Assembly: GCF_033153115.1 (NCBI RefSeq)
Contig: NW_026889761.1
Coordinates: forward strand, 6,076,001 to 6,140,000
Length of the DNA stretch: 64,000 nucleotides
Source of the DNA: Saccostrea echinata
Taxonomy: Eukaryota
Reading direction: 5' to 3'
The translations under genes were made by a program, and so were the position numbers. This document shows positions 55,700-64,000 of the stretch, piece by piece. Every line of letters begins with the position of its first letter. The first letter of the stretch is position 1. The notes below the pieces were generated by a model that worked only from the letters and a program-made list of their open reading frames with translations, did not search any database and was not told the DNA's origin.

Positions 55700-57025
55700 T
55701 TCTAGGCCGGGGAGCATATTTTATTTATTTTCTTTATAAACGAACACATTTTTCTCAGAAAACAGTGTTTATTGCTATTCATGATGTTTTTAAAACTAAT
55801 TATATTCTTAAATCTTATGTGTTTTTCTGTTAAGCATAGCATTCTTTCTTTTGGTAGTGAAGTGCACATTAGTATGTAATGAAATTCATCTCCGATTTCT
55901 TTTAGATTACAATGGGAACAAATTCTGTCTTGTCTTGGTATATTAAGCCAACGTCCATTTTCAATTGGTAAATGATGGTTACGAGTTCGGAATCTCTTTA
56001 AGTCAACTTTATTATGTTTTTTTTTATGGTCTTTCTCTGTCTCTATTTACTCTCTCTCTCTTTCACCCTCTGTGGATTCACTTTACACATGTACCAATTA
56101 ATGGTTTATTTTATATACTGCTTTTCAATGTTAAATGTACTTTATTATGTTTTTTTCTCTCTATTTTACTCTCTTTTTCTCTGGATTCACCTTATATATG
56201 TACCAATTAATGATCTATTTTACATACTGTTTTCAATGTTAAATGTACCAATAATTGTTATATGTACCTTGACCTATGGAGAGAACGATTATAGGCATTA
56301 TGCCTGCTGTTCAATCCATTTCATTTGTAATGAATAAAATATATTTTAAACTAAACTAAGTTCGGAATCTACAAAATGTAGTTGAATCCTGATTTGATAA
56401 AATATTAAAATAGTTTTCAAACTTTAATTCGTCTTTGTATATTCTATAATTTAATGCTTTAGGTGAGGTTTGAAGAGTTGATTGCCAACTTTGCTTGAAT
56501 TGATCAATTAATGCGAGTTTAACTTTCACCTTTAACCATTTTGTATTATTTGAGCTTTGTTCAAGCCAAATATTAGATAGCCCACAATTATTCAGAATAT
56601 TTCCAATATTTTCAAACCAGCTGATTTTTCCTCCTATTTCTTGATTTATAATAAAGCCTAATTTATAGCATAAATTTTGCAATTTTTGTTTCTTTGCCAG
56701 TAATTAATTTTGACCAGTAAGATATCATGCGTGTTTTTATTTGAATTTCCATAGGGTATCGACCAAGCTCACCATATATCATGAAATCTGGAGTTGAATC
56801 TTTTAAATGGAGTAAAAGTTTACAGAATTTTAGATGTACCCTTTCTATAATTGCATTATTTGAAAATCCCCACACTTCACATCCATATAACAATATAGGT
56901 TGAACGATTTTATCAAACAAATCAAGTTGACACTGTATTGATAGGTTATGTAATCTTCCTTTCTTTAATACTTCATATAATGCTTTTGTTGCTTTTTCAG
57001 CTATTTTCTTTTTTGCTGTTTTAAA
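55700..57025 (-). mobile_element. Second copy of the LINE remnant with its nested insert
   Basis: Near-identical to 30180-31505. Confidence 0.8.
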
Positions 57026-58086
57026 AGATTAATTTCATTGATAAGAAATTATTGTGAGGTAAAATTAAGCCCGATTACCATGATTCAGAATTACTCAAAA
57101 TTTCGTTTGAAGTTTTCCGATTTTCCTACTACTATGCATAATATCGATGTGTATATTTTATAATGTATATATATATTTTTTTTATTCATTTTTGTTAAAC
57201 CTGACATATCTATAGGTGTTTTAATATTTAATTGGTATTACGGTAAGGAAGTCATTTATTTATTTTTAGTGACATGTGCACATTACTTGATTTGTTCACA
57301 AACAGTTTAAAAAAAAAAAGTACATGAAAATATACATAATATTTAAATATATGCATTTTGTAAGTATACACCTGTGTGCTAAGATTAGCAGTGTCTGTTA
57401 TAAAAAAAAAAAAAAAAAAATATTGGAAGATGTATATATATGACACCGAGATACATTTTACAATAGCATTCTTATTTTGGACATTCGTTTAAAACACGTG
57501 TTTTCAAAACAAAAAACAAAAAAAACAAAAAAAAAAAAAAAAGAAAAAGAAAAAAAAACTTTGACCGGTATTCAGAGTACAAAATTAAGCACAGTGCTAT
57601 AAAAAAGGAATTTCGTCTTCTATACCATTTCTTACCCAAATTTGTTTTAAAATAAACACAAGTTTGAGTAATAATAATATGTGGATTTTGGATTGAACCC
57701 TATTGAAATGTTGTTGTATGGTATATAACACGTGTCACTCTAATAAATCATTTGCTTAGTTACTATATACCTTTGATCGTTGGAAACATTTCTACCATGA
57801 TTTCTTAACAAATTTGTGCCGTAAAATTTCAGTTTTGCATTTGTTGCGTGATGTCACGCTTACATTTTGAAATTATGTGCCACAAAAATCAATTAGGATT
57901 CACTTATGGCCTGGTACTGTATATACGTGAAATTAATGTGATATCTTGGCATGTATATTTTCATTTATTAAACATGCATTTCGTTTCTTATATCAACAGT
58001 ATGCGCTCAGAGGCATCTTTTCGAAAAAATTGGGTGGCCGTGAAAACGGCCGTTTGGTATATTTGAAAGTCGTACAGACTTTTTTT

Positions 58087-58470
<384 letters not shown>

Positions 58471-61400
58471 TTATGTTAAGCAATAAATAAATACAAATAA
58501 TAACAAATACTAAAGTGCAATTATTTTACATGCAGGAAAAAATGCACATTTAAAAAAAAAGTATTATAAATTAGCTAAATCGATATATTTGGGAAACCCA
58601 TAGGAAGCAATTTCATTTGGGGGAAGGGGGCACAACCTAAGATAAATTATTAGGGCATGGCGAAATCCAGAACTCTACATAGCTTGAGAGAAAACAGCTG
58701 TGTCATACAGAGACCGTAGCAATTATACACATATAATTCTTTCCGACTTAAAGCGAACTTATAGCGATCGGCAGTAAATAACACTCTGCCAAAAATATCA
58801 ACCCCCACTCCTACAATCTCCTCTGGTATTTCTATATTTTCTATAATATTCTTACATCCCATCATTTATTTCAAACATTATTTTTACTTTAAAATGAAAA
58901 AAAAATTAAATACCTTAATTCGGCCAATCGGGTAGTTAGAGTGAACACACACTATTCAGTAATCTACACAAACTTCAGTACTCTATACTACTTTCCATAA
59001 CAAACAAAGCCACGTGAACATCCAGAGATTTGTTCTCTCATTCCATAACCTTTTCAGTCCTTCTACTTTCCAGAGTTACTGATAGCGTGTCTTAGTTTCG
59101 CATTTCTAGTGATGCCTACATTTTTCTCACCAAGTACTTGGCCACTACACTGCTCATGCATTCCATAATTATTCTATTCATTTTTCTACATAAAATATCA
59201 TATCAAACAGGGGATATCTCAGTTTTTAAAGAAATTTGACCGGGTCTATAGTACGAAACTAAAAAGCTGACTAACTCTATCAAAAGTAAGATCGGGTTCG
59301 ATATTTTTGAAATTCGGAGTGGCGCCTAAATGTCAAGAAAGCCTAAAGGGTAAGTGAAAAAGTGATTGTTATGATGGTATACTTCTGCCACTACTTGTCA
59401 GATGTTTATATCAACTTTTCAGATGATTATGTCGAACTTGTCAGATAATAATCATCAACATGACTAGAAAATCTGTTTCTTACGGACAAGTATAACCGCC
59501 TTATGATTGTTGCGTTAGAATGCGATATATTTTTACAATTATATTGAATTGTCGAATATACTTGTTTCAAAGTTCGTTTTTTTTATGACAACAATCTCTG
59601 ATGAATAACACTTTTTGGACATGTTTTGGATGACATACACTTTATCTATCACAGTTAAATTCACCTAAAAAGTGCAAATAAAGGATGTATTCACTATTAC
59701 AAAAGAATTGACCTATAGGAGAGAACAATTTCCCGGAAAAAGTAACATTTAAAAATCAATCTTTATTTGTTGTTTTCTACCGTATATATGTCTAAATTTT
59801 TCAAATTTGAATTTTACAACTAAAATTTATTATTTACAACATCACAATAAACCTCCAAAGTTGGCCGAAACACCATTTTGTCCGTTAAAGCGTTGATTTT
59901 TGCATAAATTTTGGCCTAGAAGTCCTTCAGGGCAGGCCTGCCCCTAAATAAAATTGTGATATTTTGATAGGTTGGGATGTAAGGAATAATTTAAAATAGG
60001 ATTTTTTTAGGGGCACCCTTGCCCTAGGGTCGAAATTCACAAAAAACCTACAAAAAATAAGTAAACTTGATTTTGCCAATCTGCTTCAAATTTATTCCGT
60101 GCAATCTCGTAGTCAGAATAGCTCATTTGATATATGCGCTGACTTTTAAATCGTGGGTACTTTATTTTTAAAGTCGGGGGTTCGAATCCACCTGTTGCCA
60201 CACTTTTATAGTTTTAAATTTTTGCCTTTTCAAAGACTATTTTAATTTTTTTTTATACGTGTAGGCTTGTGTATGTTTCTTCAATTATCTATCCTTTATG
60301 CATTCCCATTTTTGATATAAGAAACACTAGAGAGAGATCAAATCGTAACAATCCAATATACAGTTGTCAGTCAGGCGGAACAAGTCTCAGTGTAGCACAA
60401 CTTTCTCCGAGGACAAGAATAACTCACTCTGTGTTACTCGATACAGGTATTCTCGGCAGCATTGAGCTGCGATGAATTTCAATTGTATCTATATTCCTTA
60501 GAATTTAATCACATTGCTTTTATTCTGTCTGTGCTACTAGTGCTTGTCTGGGTTACATGTAGTACATGAATGTTACGTATTGCTTGAATTATTTGAGCTT
60601 AATATATTTAGAATAACATACATGTACTTTTGTTTTCAGTCAATGTTTTAAGATCTTAAGTTTTGAAACAGTAGGGCTACATATATCAGTAACTGTACTC
60701 CCTTGGATTTCATTTAGGCCTATATGATTTGCACACATTAATGGCATGTTTTTATTATATCCAACGGAAATGTGTTGTAAAATAAATAGCCTAGACATAA
60801 AAAATAGAGTTCCAGAGACAGTAGACATTACCATTATGTTCAATGAGAAGTAAAGAAAAATATCAATTATTACATTTGGAGATAACAAACTCAGAATATC
60901 AATGAAAGTGTTCCTATTAACTCTACTCACTAAAATAAAGATTTATGAAAAACAAATTGTTACATGTATTCAGCCTAATGTCATTAATCGGAACGGAAAT
61001 CAACAAGCTTTTTGTAGAGAAAAAAACCAAGCCCGGTCCTATAGGTCAGATCCCTATTTGTATAGAAGTGAACCTTTATGCCGCTAAAATTAAATATCGC
61101 AGACTTTATTGCAACATTTTATATATTATGATGATTTCAATTAGGTGCAGAGACTCAGAGGATCAAATTTGAACCACTTGTAATAGTGATTTGACATCAG
61201 ATTTGTCAATTTATTGTAACATACTGATTAAATGACTTATTAAAAAACGTAATTCAAATAGTTAAGGGAGGGGAATAGAGAGCCCCAAAAGTTTTTATTC
61301 TTTGACATTGATAATAATGCCAAAAAAAAAAAAAAAAAAAAATTCAGATGAGATTTAATACTTTTAGTTACGTGAAATGCTTCTTTCTATGAATAAACAA

Positions 61401-61758
61401 ATGAAATATATCAGTTATTAACTGTGTAATAAGTATTAGTACTTGATAATCCTTGAATCAACATTAATCATATTTATTATTAAGGGGTCTTAATGACAAT
61501 TATTTTACCTCTTTTGATTTCTCCCTATTTAAAATTAAATCTTTAGATGTGAATAATTTAATTCTGGTTGTAACGATGTATTTGATTGGATAAAAAAATT
61601 ACTTTATATCATATAAATTGGGTTGCCTACATCACAATGACTTGCGTCAAAAACGTATTGATCCACCTGAGGTTACATTCAAATTTTGTACAAATTGTAG
61701 TCATTTTTTAAGGGTGATCATCTTTTTTTCATACACCAAATGAAGGAAAATTAAATTA

Positions 61759-61915
61759 TAAGGAATGAATTGAAAAGTTACCCTATTTATATGGTATAAA
61801 CTGGGTTGGAACAGTTTACGCTTTTTTATTTACCGCTTTGCGGTTTATAAAGCGTAAAACTGCCCCAACCCAGTTTATACCGTATAAATTGGGTAACTAT
61901 TAAATTCATTCCTTA
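61759..61915. repeat. Palindromic MITE-like element
   Basis: TAAGGAATGAATT..GGTATAAACTGGGTTGG ... CCAACCCAGTTTATACC..AATTCATTCCTTA. Confidence 0.7.
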
Positions 61916-62597
61916 AATAATTCCTTAGGATTCACTGTGAGTGGAGCAATGTCCGTTCTGCCGTGTGTAAGTCAAACTAATTTCTGTCTTAAAAGAGGGT
62001 GTTGCAGAAACTCGTGATTATTCCCTAAATCGAGAAGGACATTTAAATACCCACAACGCTGTATAGATAAATCTACGTAGATTACTTTGTTTATACGACA
62101 GGTCTTCCCAGCGTGTTATAACAAAACATTTCACATTTTACATTTATTTCATGCATAATTTTTTTAAACATAGAAACTAACTGGCAATCTGTTGATGAAC
62201 TTTTTTTCTCCATTTTCACATCACATGGTTTAGGTAAATGTACAAAGTAATATTCATTAAAATGCGGGAAAGACAACTGAAACTTATTTTCATTGCTTTT
62301 CTAAAAAATACAAAGATTAGGTACTAATAAAGATGCTCCATGCTCACATTCAGAAACAGTTTAAGTTGTTTTTCTGAGTTAAATAATACATTGAAATCAC
62401 AAAACCATCTCAATACTAGTATTTAAGATAATATGATGATAATGCATGTGGACATCTTACTGACTATAATCTTGGTCCAGGTATTCCACATGAAATTTGT
62501 ATTCACTGATGCTATCAAACGGGAATATAGACAATCGTCCACATTTAGTTGCCTTAGACAAAAAAGGAGAAAACTAGAATTCTATGTTTATAAACTA

Positions 62598-62778
62598 CAG
62601 TTGAACTTAGGTATCTCGAACACGGATATCTCGAATACCATGGATATGTCGAAGTGATTGGGAAGTCCTAACCACTTATTTCTTAAGTATTTTACCCTGA
62701 GGCTCAATATCTCGAACCCTCGGATATCTCAAAGTTTTTTCTTGGTCCCATCATCTTCAAGATAACAAGGTTTGACTG
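62598..62778. mobile_element. Tc1/mariner-type MITE
   Basis: CAGTTGAACTT...AGGTTTGACTG with TA on both sides; related to 16027-16193. Confidence 0.65.
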
Positions 62779-64000
62779 TAATTGTTTGTAAATGTGAGCA
62801 TGGAAACAGTAGATAATAATGTATAGTTTGTATTTAATTTGTGAAATGCACAAAAAAAAAATTAGAATGTGCTTTCCAAAACAAGTACAAAAATTGGCAT
62901 AAAATTTCAGATGTATTTCTGTAGTGACCCATAATGCAATTCAATTTCCTATATTGTTTTTAACTTAGTTTCAAATGTTCAAAGAAACAAATAAAAATAT
63001 TTCTAACTTCAAACTTCACATGCTGATACATATTGAGGAAAGCTATTCAACTTCATCAACTTCTTTTGACCTTGACCTTTCCTTTTACCTTTACCTCACT
63101 TCTCAAATTAGTTTTTAGCTCAAAGAAACTATTCCACATATGTAAGCTTATGCACTGATACATTATTTAGTAAGAATTTATGAACTGTGTCCATTTCTTT
63201 TTCTTTTACCATCCCAATGACCTTTAAACTTTACTATTGATTGTGTATTACACTCCATTCTAAAGAAACTATTCAAGGTATTTTCTTCAAACTTCGTACA
63301 ATACATCTTTTCATGTTTCATTACTCATGAACCCTGGCCGGGGCATTCATGTCCTATGGACATAATACAATTAAGAATAAAGAGGGAATTTGTTTTTAAA
63401 ATATCTTCATGAGAAGAACACTGGGGCAAAGGTGACTTAGGTGAGTGCAGTTGCCCATGGGCCTCTTGTTTTTACTAACGGTACGGTTATTAAAACTTTG
63501 TTCACTTGATTAACTACATATATTGCAGGTTTCCAAGCTCTTAAAAACCTCAACAACTTGTGAAAAAGAAATTCAATTAGGAAAGGATGGACACTCTGCC
63601 TTTTTAACGTTATGGGGCTAAGGACCAAATTCTTTATTCAACAGTTCTGGCATAATTTACAAGATTATGATTCCAGATTGTTTGCATTAAGGCTGCAAAT
63701 GAATTTCAGGGCCAGAGATCTTCTAAGTCCACCCCATGACTTCAAGTTTTTCCAAGGTAAATAATCATACTTGCATGATCTACTGTTTTGGTTTTATTTC
63801 TTATTATTTATCAACAAAGTACAAATAGAAAATAGAAGCAGGATATTCCAAAGATTTCTGATATTGCTGCACAAATATCAACAGTGCGATTGTTTTCTTA
63901 CTATTCATAAAGTTTTGAGTTGAAACAGGGTAAAAATTCACAGTCTGTGTAAAGTACATAAGATTTGTGAAGCAATTTTATTAATTTTTATAATACATGT

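Noticed and set aside
60135-60200. B-box-like GGTTCGAATCC
   Set aside because: No A box or cloverleaf; at most a decayed SINE head.
63529-63756. Possible + strand exon(s) near the window end (also 61145, 61929, 15450)
   Set aside because: Splice-like signals only; no recognisable protein or consistent open frame.

Overview
AT-rich metazoan genomic DNA. The histone sequences and repeat families point to a bivalve mollusc, probably an oyster. Assembly gaps lie at 17723-17855 and 18631-18798. The left part holds a complete 15-exon FRRS1-like gene (Reeler-DOMON-cytochrome b561, about 595 aa, + strand). It is followed by SINEs, MITEs, non-autonomous Helentron-type elements and two oppositely oriented arrays of one satellite. 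From about 23.4 to 58.4 kb lies a short, heavily invaded replication-dependent histone cluster: H1(-) H2A(-) H2B(+) H4(-) H3(-) H1(-) H2A(-), with a unit of about 10.8 kb once the two large insertions are removed. Both H2A copies are remodelled. The first is split by a 7.1-kb non-autonomous Ginger1-like transposon (TGT..ACA ends, CCGG TSD). Its TIR supplies an in-frame stop and AATAAA signals, predicting a 101-aa tail-less H2A, and its interior holds a satellite built from TIR motifs. The second H2A has lost its promoter and first codons and now sits in frame behind a splice acceptor. The H2B-H4 spacer holds a one-ended Kolobok-like transposon flanked by a 60-bp duplication, with a broken transposase and an apparently intact P2X7-ballast-like KolX gene. 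The left cluster edge is a diverged spacer copy lacking H4 and H3. All family assignments come from motifs recognised by eye, not from database searches.
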